Shown here in pieces: positions 50,715 to 59,697 of a stretch of DNA of 64,000 bases (positions within the stretch are counted from its first letter, which is position 1; each line of letters begins with the position of its first letter). The stretch covers positions 16,712 to 80,711 of the forward strand of contig CBEVQO010000010.1 in assembly GCA_965552055.1 (NCBI GenBank), in the 5' to 3' direction. The DNA comes from an uncultured bacterium (GTDB lineage: Bacteria > Hydrothermota > UBA3073 > NMUJ01 > CBEVQO01). The position numbers and the translations under genes are program-made. The notes beneath the pieces are model-generated. The model was not told the DNA's origin and ran no database searches. It saw only the letters and a list, made by a program, of their open reading frames with translations.

Positions 50715-51926
50715 TCACCAGCCGCATTCTACTTTCATCATTTGCACCGCCCAGAATATCTCATCCATACTTGGCGCACGGTAAAAAGACCACTCAGGAT
50801 TGTATTTGAACTCATCACTACCTATCGCATGCTTAAAAAGTATAGCAAAGTAACCCTCTCGTTTAACACCATAAACATCAAAATAAATACCCTTTAAAAT
50901 GGCAAGAACCTTTTCCTCATTGCCTTCTTTTTTATAATCATAAATCCATGGATGTGCGGAATATTTATAAAGTTCCCATCTTGGCTGGAAAGTCATAAAT
51001 AACTTTTCAAAAACATTGCTTATCACATCATCCAAATCTTTCTTATTTCGTAAATATGCAGAATATACAAATCCTGTATCGCCATCTTTATAGCCGAAAC
51101 TCCATTCTTCATCATATTTTATGCATTTTATCGTATTAAGTGTAAGTCCTGTATGATGTTTCAAAAATTTTACCTTGCGTGCATCCCAGAAAGGATATTC
51201 CCTCAAATATGTATCTTTGATGATATAAAAGGATTCTGCCATTGCAAGTTTTCCCTTTAACTCATTAATTATCCGCTTTACTTTAATGAATTTTGCCTCT
51301 TTTTCTATCCTTTTATAATTATCTTCACCTATTATTTGGCGCTTTTCTTCTGCAAGAGTCAATGCCTTATTTATACTTTCATCTGTGCCTTCATCAAGCA
51401 ATTTTTTAATCTCCGCTAAATAATGCTCTTTTAAGATTTCCGATGCTTTTTCTCTGATTTTTTCGTAATTTTCCTCCCCTATTAGCTCTCTTGATACTCC
51501 TGCAAGATTTAACGCTTCTTCTATTTCTCCTTCCTGAAGCAATTTATCTATCTTTTTGAGATAATATTTTTTGCCTTCTTCCATATAGAGTGTAAGCAAA
51601 GATTGGGCTTTTGGGAATAATGTATCTGTTTCTGGTATATTTTTCAAAATTTTTATCGCTTCCATGTATTCGCCGAGTTCCGCTTTTAATTCTGCCTTTT
51701 TAACAGGTGGTAGTGGCTTTTCCGATGCTATCCCGATTATTAATAATATGAAGCCCAAAACAGGAGCAGTTATCCTTATCCATTTCTCTTTCCTCCATAT
51801 TGCGAAGTATATGCCTGCAAACATCATGCAAACACCGAAGGCAGATGGAGATTTGCCAACTATAGCACCCATCAATATCATCACAAGAATAAGCCAGATT
51901 ATAATGTGTAAAATTTTACGCCTCAT
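50715..51926 (-). CDS. Membrane-anchored protein with helical repeats and an SH3b-like segment
   Basis: N-terminal TMs; repeat YL..I.KLL.EG…AL.LA…IGE.NY..I; YLREYP…EEW…DGDTGFVYSAYL. Confidence 0.55.
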   Translation of the reverse strand: MRRKILHIIIWLILVMILMGAIVGKSPSAFGVCMMFAGIYFAIWRKEKWIRITAPVLGFILLIIGIASEKPLPPVKKAELKAELGEYMEAIKILKNIPETDTLFPKAQSLLTLYMEEGKKYYLKKIDKLLQEGEIEEALNLAGVSRELIGEENYEKIREKASEILKEHYLAEIKKLLDEGTDESINKALTLAEEKRQIIGEDNYKRIEKEAKFIKVKRIINELKGKLAMAESFYIIKDTYLREYPFWDARKVKFLKHHTGLTLNTIKCIKYDEEWSFGYKDGDTGFVYSAYLRNKKDLDDVISNVFEKLFMTFQPRWELYKYSAHPWIYDYKKEGNEEKVLAILKGIYFDVYGVKREGYFAILFKHAIGSDEFKYNPEWSFYRAPSMDEIFWAVQMMKVECGW

Positions 51927-52626
51927 GATACCCTCCTTTTAATACTTTTCTCAATTTTTTAATAGCCCTGCTTTTCAAAACATCAACATATTCTCGCCTT
52001 ATTTTTAAAATTTCCGCTATATCACTGGGAGAATATCCCTTTAAATATAAAAGAATTACATTTTTCTCTTTTGGAGATAAATATTTCGCTGTCTCAACTT
52101 CTATTACCAAAACAGAAATCTGCTTTTCGTCTGCGTATTCCGTTATCATTTGATTAATCTTTCTCATCTGCTGTATCCTTTTATCGACTTCTCTTTTTAC
52201 CCATGCTTTTATATAACAGGGTTTATGCAGAATACCCTTTTTACGCCATTCCAATAACAATTTTACAATCACGCTACCCGCAATATCTTCTGCCTCCTGC
52301 TCTATAAAATGAAAATCATAACCTAATTCGGGTAATTCAACCTCCAGGTATTTCTTTGCGTATCTGAAAGATAGCTCACGCCATCTTTCTATAAATAAGG
52401 TCTCGACAAATTCTCTTACATTAATCCCCTTTCTTTTAAAGTAAACAGGTGCATCCAATAATTTTATCAGAAAATCTATCGCTTCACTTTTATCCATGTC
52501 CTTTATTAAATTTTTCAAAAATATTTTCAAAATTTTGGTTTCATCCATAATTTCATCAAATGTCAGGAACAATGGTTCACCTTCTATTGCTCTTTCCAAT
52601 TTTTCTCTCATTTTTTCGATATCCAT
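51916..52626 (-). CDS. ECF-like sigma-70 factor with N-terminal extension
   Basis: Region-2-like EAEDI; region 4 LSPKEKNVILLYLKGYSPSDIAEILKI…V…SRAIKKLR. Confidence 0.7.
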   Translation of the reverse strand: MDIEKMREKLERAIEGEPLFLTFDEIMDETKILKIFLKNLIKDMDKSEAIDFLIKLLDAPVYFKRKGINVREFVETLFIERWRELSFRYAKKYLEVELPELGYDFHFIEQEAEDIAGSVIVKLLLEWRKKGILHKPCYIKAWVKREVDKRIQQMRKINQMITEYADEKQISVLVIEVETAKYLSPKEKNVILLYLKGYSPSDIAEILKIRREYVDVLKSRAIKKLRKVLKGGYHEA

Positions 52627-52634
52627 AATACCTC

Positions 52635-53414
52635 CTATTTTTCCTCTATCACAACATCCGGGGTGAAATTTCCTGAATTTTTGACAAGAATTATCGCACT
52701 AACCGCATCTATAAGTTTTTCGATTTTTTCTTCCGGAATATTCCTGCTCTTTATTTCATCATCGGTGATACCCGCATAACCGAGTACTATTTCTCTTAAT
52801 TGATTTTTGACATCGCCCTTTGACTTTATTAAAATTTTCTTCCTTGAATAAAGCAGGTCGGAATAAAATTCTCTTTTCAATTCATTATCTATTTTGTAAG
52901 CTTCTTCATCTTCCTCATGTCCAAGAAATTCTCTCAAAAACTTTTCAGAAAGAACAAAATCACATTCATCGAGAGTGTATCCTCTGTCAGAATAAGGAAT
53001 AATTATCCCGTTTCTTCTCAATTTACCATTTTCATAGAAGTATTTCCTCAATGTGAGGATTTCGTCATCAGTATCTGCGATTAAAGGTATTATCTCGGAA
53101 GGCGAAAGAATATGTTCTGCTCTGCTCCTTCTTCCATAAGCATTGAAAAACAACATTACCCATATTATTTCCTTTTCTTTTTCATCGAATCCGTATTTTT
53201 TGATAGTTCTAACAGGTGGTATATCTTCTTTTTCTGCCTCTTTTATCTTTGCTCTCTGATGTTTAATTTGGGATTCTATTTCTCTTAACCTTTCTTCCAT
53301 ATTTTCCTTCCATTCATCGTCTTTCCATCGTCGATAAGAGATTTCTTCTCGCAAATTCTGTCTCTCACAAAGCAAACGCACAAGATTACCGATATGCATT
53401 AAATACTCTTTCAT
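52635..53414 (-). CDS. Winged-helix domain of the type seen N-terminal to AAA+ ATPases, fused to a DnaB-like fragment
   Basis: YGFDEKEKEII…RKYFYENGKLRRNGII…LSEKFLREFLG; C-terminal AGITDDEIKSRNIPEEKIEKL; no Walker motifs. Confidence 0.5.
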   Translation of the reverse strand: MKEYLMHIGNLVRLLCERQNLREEISYRRWKDDEWKENMEERLREIESQIKHQRAKIKEAEKEDIPPVRTIKKYGFDEKEKEIIWVMLFFNAYGRRSRAEHILSPSEIIPLIADTDDEILTLRKYFYENGKLRRNGIIIPYSDRGYTLDECDFVLSEKFLREFLGHEEDEEAYKIDNELKREFYSDLLYSRKKILIKSKGDVKNQLREIVLGYAGITDDEIKSRNIPEEKIEKLIDAVSAIILVKNSGNFTPDVVIEEK

Positions 53415-53427
53415 TTTACCCCCTTCT

Positions 53428-53796
53428 TCATATAAATTTGCCTCTTCTTTTATTTTTCATCCCTTTTAACAAAGCAAGATAAGCCTCAAGCTCCGCAAAA
53501 CTATCAACTGCTTTCTGTTTGCCTTGCAAAATAATTCTCCATTCCTCAAAAATGTTGTCCCTCAATATTACAGCTGTGTCATTTTTAAAAATAGATACAA
53601 GACCATATTCAGCAATACAGTAGAATCTGTGATGAATCAGAAAATCAAGCTCCTCTATTGAGAATCTCAGCAAAATATCAAGTTTTGAAAATCTTAGAAA
53701 TTTTTTACCATTGGGATATAAAATCAGGTAAAATGAACGGCAGGGCTTTATTATCATTTCCTTCTTTTTCAAAAATTCTAATCTCTCTGTCATCAT
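53428..53796 (-). CDS. Hypothetical protein, first gene of the accessory block
   Basis: Likely ATG at 53796/53793; no motif recognised. Confidence 0.5.
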   Translation of the reverse strand: MMTERLEFLKKKEMIIKPCRSFYLILYPNGKKFLRFSKLDILLRFSIEELDFLIHHRFYCIAEYGLVSIFKNDTAVILRDNIFEEWRIILQGKQKAVDSFAELEAYLALLKGMKNKRRGKFI

Positions 53797-53900
53797 CCCT
53801 TTCTTTTTTCCTTTTCCTTTTTCTCCATCTCTATTTATAATAAAAAATTTTAATCCAAATTCTAACAAAAAATTTTAAAATTTATTTTTGATGGAAAAAT

Positions 53901-54749
53901 TTAAAGGATTATTTCTTTGTGTCGTGATGCGTGGCAACACATATTTACTGCACAGGGCATGGTAGCGATATGACAGGGGTAAACTTCTATGTGAACAGCA
54001 AGTGCTGTTGTCCTGCCACCGAGTCCCATAGGTCCTATTCCTGTTTTATTTACTTCTTCTAATATCTCCTTTTCCAACTTTGCATATCGAGGGTCGGGAT
54101 TTGGTTTGCCGAGTGGCTCTCTTAAGAGCGCTTTTTTGGCAAGTTGAGCACATTTTTCAAAAGTGCCGCCTATCCCCACTCCTATTATCACAGGGGGACA
54201 GGGCTTTCCACCTGCTTTCTCCATGCATTCGACAACAAATTGCTTTATGCCTTCGGCTCCCTTCGCAGGTGGCATCATCGAAACAAAACTCATATTCTCA
54301 GAACCCCCACCTTTTGGAGTAAAAACAATTCTCATCTTATCACCCGGAACTATTTCTGTATGCACGACACATGGGGTATTATCTCCTGTATTTTTGCGCT
54401 CAAAAACAGGGTCAAAAACTATTGATTTGCGTAAATAACCTTCTTTATAGCCCTGACGAACACCTTCAAGGAATGCATCGTAATAGTTACCGCCAACTAT
54501 TTTTACATCCTGACCAAGTTCTACAAAAAATACTGCAAACCCCGTATCCTGACAGATAGCAAGTTGCTCTTTTTCTGCTATCTCTGCATTTTCAAGAATC
54601 TGCTGAAGAATATCGCGAGCAGTGGGAGAATCTTCTTTCTCAAGTGCTTTTCTTATCGCATCTTTTACATCATCACCCAGATAATAATTCGCATCCATGC
54701 ACAATTTTTTCACCGCTTCAACAATTTGATTAAAATGAATCTCACGCAT
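53901..54749 (-). CDS. Class I fumarate hydratase / tartrate dehydratase, alpha subunit
   Basis: [23 protein letters not shown]…GVGIGG, GPMGLGG, CHA.R. Confidence 0.95.
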   Translation of the reverse strand: MREIHFNQIVEAVKKLCMDANYYLGDDVKDAIRKALEKEDSPTARDILQQILENAEIAEKEQLAICQDTGFAVFFVELGQDVKIVGGNYYDAFLEGVRQGYKEGYLRKSIVFDPVFERKNTGDNTPCVVHTEIVPGDKMRIVFTPKGGGSENMSFVSMMPPAKGAEGIKQFVVECMEKAGGKPCPPVIIGVGIGGTFEKCAQLAKKALLREPLGKPNPDPRYAKLEKEILEEVNKTGIGPMGLGGRTTALAVHIEVYPCHIATMPCAVNMCCHASRHKEIIL

Positions 54750-54990
54750 CGGCAGGTATCACATTGATATAAGTTTTACCCCTTACTTTCTTGAATGACA
54801 CCACACCATCGCATAATGCAAAAAGAGTATCGTCTCCGCCTCTTCCTACATTTAAACCCGGTCTTATTTTTGTGCCCCTCTGTCTTACAAGTACTTCTCC
54901 TGTTTTTACAATTTGTCCTGCGTATCTTTTAACGCCAAGGTATTTTGCACTGCTATCCCTTCCATTAACACCACTCTTACGCCTCCCCAT
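54742..54990 (-). CDS. rpmA: 50S ribosomal protein bL27 with atypical N-terminus
   Basis: NGRDS.AK.LGVK…[25 protein letters not shown]. Confidence 0.93.
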   Translation of the reverse strand: MGRRKSGVNGRDSSAKYLGVKRYAGQIVKTGEVLVRQRGTKIRPGLNVGRGGDDTLFALCDGVVSFKKVRGKTYINVIPADA

Positions 54991-54998
54991 TTCGCCCC

Positions 54999-55829
54999 CT
55001 ATTTAACATTATAGGGTATCCCAAGTGCTATAATTCTGATAGCATAATTATCATGCTCAACTATTGCTGATTGCAAATCCATCATCATGGAGAAACCCCA
55101 TTTGTGACCCGATACTTGTGGCACCCATAATGCTTCCCATCTTTTTTCGGTAGTATCATATTCATAGGGTTTAATGTAGTCCTGGGGGTTCCCGCTCAGG
55201 AATGCATAGGGCCATTTTACAACATTTGTGTCTTCTTTTTCCCACATGAATATTTCAATGCTATCACCCGTATTGAAAACATAAGGAGTTTCACCGTTCT
55301 GCAAAGATATTTCAGCTGAAGGTGCTATAACAGGGTAATTTGTATTGCTTTTTAGTACCACAGAATCTATTTGAATTTTATCCTGCAGAGAATCGGATTT
55401 CAGCAATAGTGGTGTAAATTTAGTCATTGTCCATGTATTTCCAACGAGTTCAAATTTAAAAGTAATTTCACCTGTTAAAGTTGTTGGTTTTTTAACCGTA
55501 TCTATTATGGTTGTATCAAGTGAATCTCTGTAAACCGCGTAAATGTAATATTGCCATTCGATTGTGATGTTGACATCTGCCGATTTTTTATCTTCTCCAA
55601 TGTTTATATCCCAGCTTATTTCAGGGGTATCTGTTTCAGCCCAGGCGGTGCGGCATATCCAGTTCGTATCTTTTTTCGCACTTCTCAATGGTATTCTTAC
55701 AGTAAAGCCACGCAGTGATTTAAATACTGGGCTATTGAGCAAAGCCTTTTCTACCTGTTCATTTACTGATTCTTCTATTTTACCGCATCCGACTAAAAAT
55801 ATAAGAGATATTATTATGTATTTACGCAT
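54999..55829 (-). CDS. Hypothetical lipoprotein
   Basis: [15 protein letters not shown] lipobox. Confidence 0.7.
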   Translation of the reverse strand: MRKYIIISLIFLVGCGKIEESVNEQVEKALLNSPVFKSLRGFTVRIPLRSAKKDTNWICRTAWAETDTPEISWDINIGEDKKSADVNITIEWQYYIYAVYRDSLDTTIIDTVKKPTTLTGEITFKFELVGNTWTMTKFTPLLLKSDSLQDKIQIDSVVLKSNTNYPVIAPSAEISLQNGETPYVFNTGDSIEIFMWEKEDTNVVKWPYAFLSGNPQDYIKPYEYDTTEKRWEALWVPQVSGHKWGFSMMMDLQSAIVEHDNYAIRIIALGIPYNVK

Positions 55830-55837
55830 GACACCCC

Positions 55838-56389
55838 CTATTTTTTATATTTTTGCTTGCCTTCTTTATAAAGGTCACCACCATAACAGTCATTCGCAAC
55901 TATCAAAGGTAAATTTTCGACATACAGCTCTCTAATAGCTTCCGGACCCAGGTCTTCATACGCTATTATTTTTGCCTTCTTTATGCATTTTGAAATCAAA
56001 GCAGCTACTCCTCCTGTTGCTGCAAAATAACATGCTTTGTATTTTTTAAGTGCTTCTATCACTTCTTTACTTCTTTCACCTTTCCCTATGGTTGCTTTCA
56101 ATCCATGTTGATGTAATATCGGTGTAAAGGGGTCCATTCTGTAGCTCGTAGTTGGGCCGGCTGGTCCAATGGGATATCCGGGCTTTGCTGGTGCAGGACC
56201 AACATAATAAATTACAGCGCCTTTTAAATCAAACGGTAATTTTTCTCCCTTTTCAATAGCTGACACAAGACGCTTATGAGCAGCATCTCGGGCGGTATAA
56301 ACCACACCCGTGAGAAAAACCTTATCACCTATTCTTAACTTCTCAATATCAGAATCGGTCAAGGGTGTCTTTAAAAAATACTCAGCCAT
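55838..56389 (-). CDS. Class I fumarate hydratase / tartrate dehydratase, beta subunit
   Basis: TARDAAHKR, YYVGP, GPTTSYRMD, IGKG, DLG.EA. Confidence 0.95.
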   Translation of the reverse strand: MAEYFLKTPLTDSDIEKLRIGDKVFLTGVVYTARDAAHKRLVSAIEKGEKLPFDLKGAVIYYVGPAPAKPGYPIGPAGPTTSYRMDPFTPILHQHGLKATIGKGERSKEVIEALKKYKACYFAATGGVAALISKCIKKAKIIAYEDLGPEAIRELYVENLPLIVANDCYGGDLYKEGKQKYKK

Positions 56390-56396
56390 TTCACTA

Positions 56397-56423
56397 AAGA
56401 TAATCCATTTATCAATTTGTCAA
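56397..56423 (-). promoter_or_regulatory. TTGACA-N15-TATCTT promoter, probably leaderless
   Basis: ATG 56389 lies 7 nt after -10. Confidence 0.55.
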
Positions 56424-56491
56424 GCTAAAATTTTCACAAAAAATGACTTGACAATCTGGTATTTTGTGTTTAATATAAAAAAGGAGGGGTT

Positions 56492-57121
56492 ATGGGAGGA
56501 TTTGTCGAGTACTTTCATAAAGGCGGACCTGTGATGTGGCCACTTCTATTCTGTGCGATAATAGGACTCGCTTATGTGATAGAAAGATTCATCTCGTATG
56601 CACTTGCTTCGATAAATGTTAACAAATTTTTGGATACTCTCAAACGGACGATGAGGGAAAAGGGGGTTGACGAAGGGATAAAGATGTGTGCGAAATTGCG
56701 ACAGCCTGTTGCAAAAATTACAAAAGCAATACTCGAGGAATACAAAAAAGTGGGTCCTCGTAAAGATGCTCTTGAGGAGGCTGCTTCCACGGTTGGCACA
56801 GATGAACTCGCTTTTATCGACAGGGGCTTACCTGTGATTGCTGCTGTCTCGACGATAGCCCCAATACTTGGCTTCCTTGGGACGGTTACAGGGATGATAA
56901 GAGCATTTAATGCGATAGCGCTGGCCGGAGAAGTCGAGCCAACACTCGTAGCTGCAGGAATATCAGAAGCTCTAATAACTACCGCAACAGGGCTTTCCAT
57001 TGCATTCCCCATGGTAGCATTCCATGTTTACTTCACAACAAGGGGTGATAGCTTCACAAGGAACATGGAGAAAGCTGCAACAGACATTATAACATTCTTG
57101 TTAGAAGAGAGGCCGAGATGA
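56492..57121 (+). CDS. exbB: MotA/TolQ/ExbB proton channel
   Basis: GGPVMWPL, APILGFLGTVTGMI.AF, GISEALITTA.GL. Confidence 0.93.
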   Translation: MGGFVEYFHKGGPVMWPLLFCAIIGLAYVIERFISYALASINVNKFLDTLKRTMREKGVDEGIKMCAKLRQPVAKITKAILEEYKKVGPRKDALEEAASTVGTDELAFIDRGLPVIAAVSTIAPILGFLGTVTGMIRAFNAIALAGEVEPTLVAAGISEALITTATGLSIAFPMVAFHVYFTTRGDSFTRNMEKAATDIITFLLEERPR

Positions 57122-57528
57122 TGAGAAAAAGGAAAAAGAAAGTAAAGGCAGCTGATATACCGCTTGCAGGGATGTCCGACATTGCATTCCTGCTCATAAT
57201 CTTTTTCATGCTGACCACTGTTTTTACTGCAGAAAAGGGACTACAAATTGTCCTTCCGATGAAAGGTGAACAGGTAAAAGTTAAAAAGAAGAACATAATC
57301 CATGTCTATGTCAATAAACTGGGACAGGTAAGGATAAACGATAGAGATGTATCACTGCTTGAAGTTAGAGAAGTTATAAGAAAGATGCTCGATGAAAATC
57401 CGAAAGCCGTTGTTTCTCTGAAAATCGATGAGAGATGTAAATACGATGATGTTATAAAAGTATTTGACCAGTTAAAACTTGCAAAAGCCGAAAGAATAGC
57501 ATTTGCACCACCAAGGAGGGCAAAATGA
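57118..57528 (+). CDS. exbD: ExbD/TolR family protein
   Basis: DIAFLLIIFFML. Confidence 0.92.
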   Translation: MMRKRKKKVKAADIPLAGMSDIAFLLIIFFMLTTVFTAEKGLQIVLPMKGEQVKVKKKNIIHVYVNKLGQVRINDRDVSLLEVREVIRKMLDENPKAVVSLKIDERCKYDDVIKVFDQLKLAKAERIAFAPPRRAK

Positions 57529-57935
57529 AACTAAAAGTAAGGGAACATGAAAGACCCGAAATTCCTACAGCAAGTATGGGTGATATAGCGACACTATTGA
57601 TAATTTTCTTCATGCTCACTACGGTTTTCAGGGAAGAAAGGGGCTTACATGTTTCCCTTCCTAAAGCAATAGCAACAAGGAAATTGCCCAAGAAAAACAT
57701 AGCACATATATGGGTAAACAGGGATGGAGTTATATCAATAGACGACCGTATAGTAACGCCTGATATGGTTTATATAATAATGCAAAGGAAAGTAATGGCA
57801 AATCCCAATATCATTGTTTCCATCCTGATGGATAAAGATTGCAGATACGGTGTTCTTGCGAAAATTTTTGATGCACTAAGAGAAGCAGAAGCCTTAAGAG
57901 TTTCGCTCGCAACCCTCAAAGAAAAAGGGGGGTAA
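57525..57935 (+). CDS. exbD: ExbD/TolR family protein (second copy)
   Basis: DIATLLIIFFML. Confidence 0.92.
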   Translation: MKLKVREHERPEIPTASMGDIATLLIIFFMLTTVFREERGLHVSLPKAIATRKLPKKNIAHIWVNRDGVISIDDRIVTPDMVYIIMQRKVMANPNIIVSILMDKDCRYGVLAKIFDALREAEALRVSLATLKEKGG

Positions 57936-57937
57936 AT

Positions 57938-58540
57938 ATGGAAAAGGATTGGAAAAAATATTCTCCCCTTACGACGAGAATAGGATGGCTTACCTCTTTC
58001 TGTATCTTTGCATTAATAGCAACATTATTACCTGAAATAAAAACAAAAGCCTACAAACCCAAAAAAGTGGTCACCGAGAAAATTATTGAGATGCCCGAAC
58101 AAATGAAAGAATTAGAAGCTCCACCGCCACCGCCGAAACCAAAGATGCCTGTTGAAGCTGAAGAAGGAGAAGAAGATGCAGTTGAAACAATTGAAAAAAC
58201 CGATTTCACAGGCAAAGAAGCACTCTTAACCCCTGAGCTTCAAAAAATACCGGAGTTCTACGCAGTCGAAGTAAAACCGAAGCTGGTGAAATATGTGCCA
58301 CCAAAATATCCCGAACTCGGTAGAGAAGCAGGAATCGAAGGAACAGTAGTGCTTAGATTCATAATTGATACAACAGGAAGGGTTAGAAAAGTGATGGTAG
58401 TAGAAACAGACCTGGATGAATCCTTCGTCAAGGCAGCTATTGAAGCAGTTAAGAAATGGCGCTTCAGACCGGCGATGATGTTCGATAAAAAGGTACCTGT
58501 ATGGATGGAACAGCCAATTGAGTTCAGGTTAAAAGAATAA
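57938..58540 (+). CDS. tonB: Energy transducer TonB
   Basis: TM anchor, Pro-rich linker, PKYP…GIEG.V…WRFRPA. Confidence 0.92.
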   Translation: MEKDWKKYSPLTTRIGWLTSFCIFALIATLLPEIKTKAYKPKKVVTEKIIEMPEQMKELEAPPPPPKPKMPVEAEEGEEDAVETIEKTDFTGKEALLTPELQKIPEFYAVEVKPKLVKYVPPKYPELGREAGIEGTVVLRFIIDTTGRVRKVMVVETDLDESFVKAAIEAVKKWRFRPAMMFDKKVPVWMEQPIEFRLKE

Positions 58541-58938
58541 TGCTAACATACAAAGAAGCTATAAGATTTCATGGACATGATGGTCCTTTTTTAGCACTTG
58601 GATTTAAAGCAGGTAGATTTATTTTGCGTAATTTTATCAAAAACGGTGAGACAAAATTATCTTGCGTTGTAAAGTTAAAAATGGAAAAACCCTTTTCCTG
58701 TGTCATCGATGGATTACAATGCAGTACGGATTTAACTATCGGTAAATGCAACCTGAAAATAGAAGAATCTGACAATGAAATACCTGTTTTCGTATGTGAG
58801 GATAAAAAAACGGGTCAAAAAATATCCTTTACAATAAAAGAAGAAATCTTCAAGAAAGCCAAAAATTGTAAAGATTTACATAAATGTGCCAGTGAAATCA
58901 TATCTTTAGACCCTTCTCTCCTTTTTGTATTCATTTAA
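58540..58938 (+). CDS. FmdE-family protein
   Basis: FHGH.GP.L.LG…C..DGLQ..T..T.G. Confidence 0.88.
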   Translation: MLTYKEAIRFHGHDGPFLALGFKAGRFILRNFIKNGETKLSCVVKLKMEKPFSCVIDGLQCSTDLTIGKCNLKIEESDNEIPVFVCEDKKTGQKISFTIKEEIFKKAKNCKDLHKCASEIISLDPSLLFVFI

Positions 58939-59697
58939 ATCTATCGCCATACCATCTTTTGCAGCAATAACTTTTACACCTGTCTCTTTTGATACCTCTT
59001 CGGCTAATCTCTGGGGATTTGCTCTTAACATCGTCATACCGAAGTGCGTTAAAATCGCCAGCTCAGGCTGATTGACCCTGATTATCTCCTTGGCTTCCTC
59101 AAGAGACATATGTTCAAGCTCCTTTGTCTCATATCTCCTCACAACATTTATTATTAAAATATGACCTTTGTAATGCTTCAACAATTCAGGGAAAAATTTA
59201 GTATCCGTTATATAAGAAATCGTAAGTTTATCACTTATTATGTTTAAGCCGTATGTTTCTTTACCATGCTTATGTTTTACAGGGGTATTTATTTTTATCC
59301 CCCTTAAAGGATAAACTCCATGTTCTTTCAATACTATAATCTCTTCGACATAATCTCTTACATATTTGAATACTACGGGTTCATCTTCGAGTGCGGTTCT
59401 TGGAGCAAACAATATTCCTCTTTTCTTAAATCCTCCTTCTGTCATTGCTTCTATCATGACATTTACATCTGCTGAATGGTCAAGATGTTCATGAGTAAGT
59501 ATTATTGCATCGAGTTTCGTTGGGTCGAGCCGTACTCTACTTTGCACACATCTAACAAGGCATCCAGGACCCGGGTCAATTAACAGATTCACGCCCTCAA
59601 GTGTTATCCATATTCCTCCTGATGCCCTTATCTGTTTAAAAACAGCAATCCTTGCTCCCGCTGTCCCTAAAAATACTATTTTATCCTCTAACTTCAC
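58906..59697 (-). CDS. MBL-fold metallo-hydrolase
   Basis: FLGT.G, IDPGPG, THEHLDH, THFG. Confidence 0.9.
   Translation of the reverse strand: MKLEDKIVFLGTAGARIAVFKQIRASGGIWITLEGVNLLIDPGPGCLVRCVQSRVRLDPTKLDAIILTHEHLDHSADVNVMIEAMTEGGFKKRGILFAPRTALEDEPVVFKYVRDYVEEIIVLKEHGVYPLRGIKINTPVKHKHGKETYGLNIISDKLTISYITDTKFFPELLKHYKGHILIINVVRRYETKELEHMSLEEAKEIIRVNQPELAILTHFGMTMLRANPQRLAEEVSKETGVKVIAAKDGMAIDLNEYKKERRV

Noticed and set aside
48484..53900. Intact prophage or ICE
   Set aside because: No integrase, structural or conjugation genes, and no att repeats found
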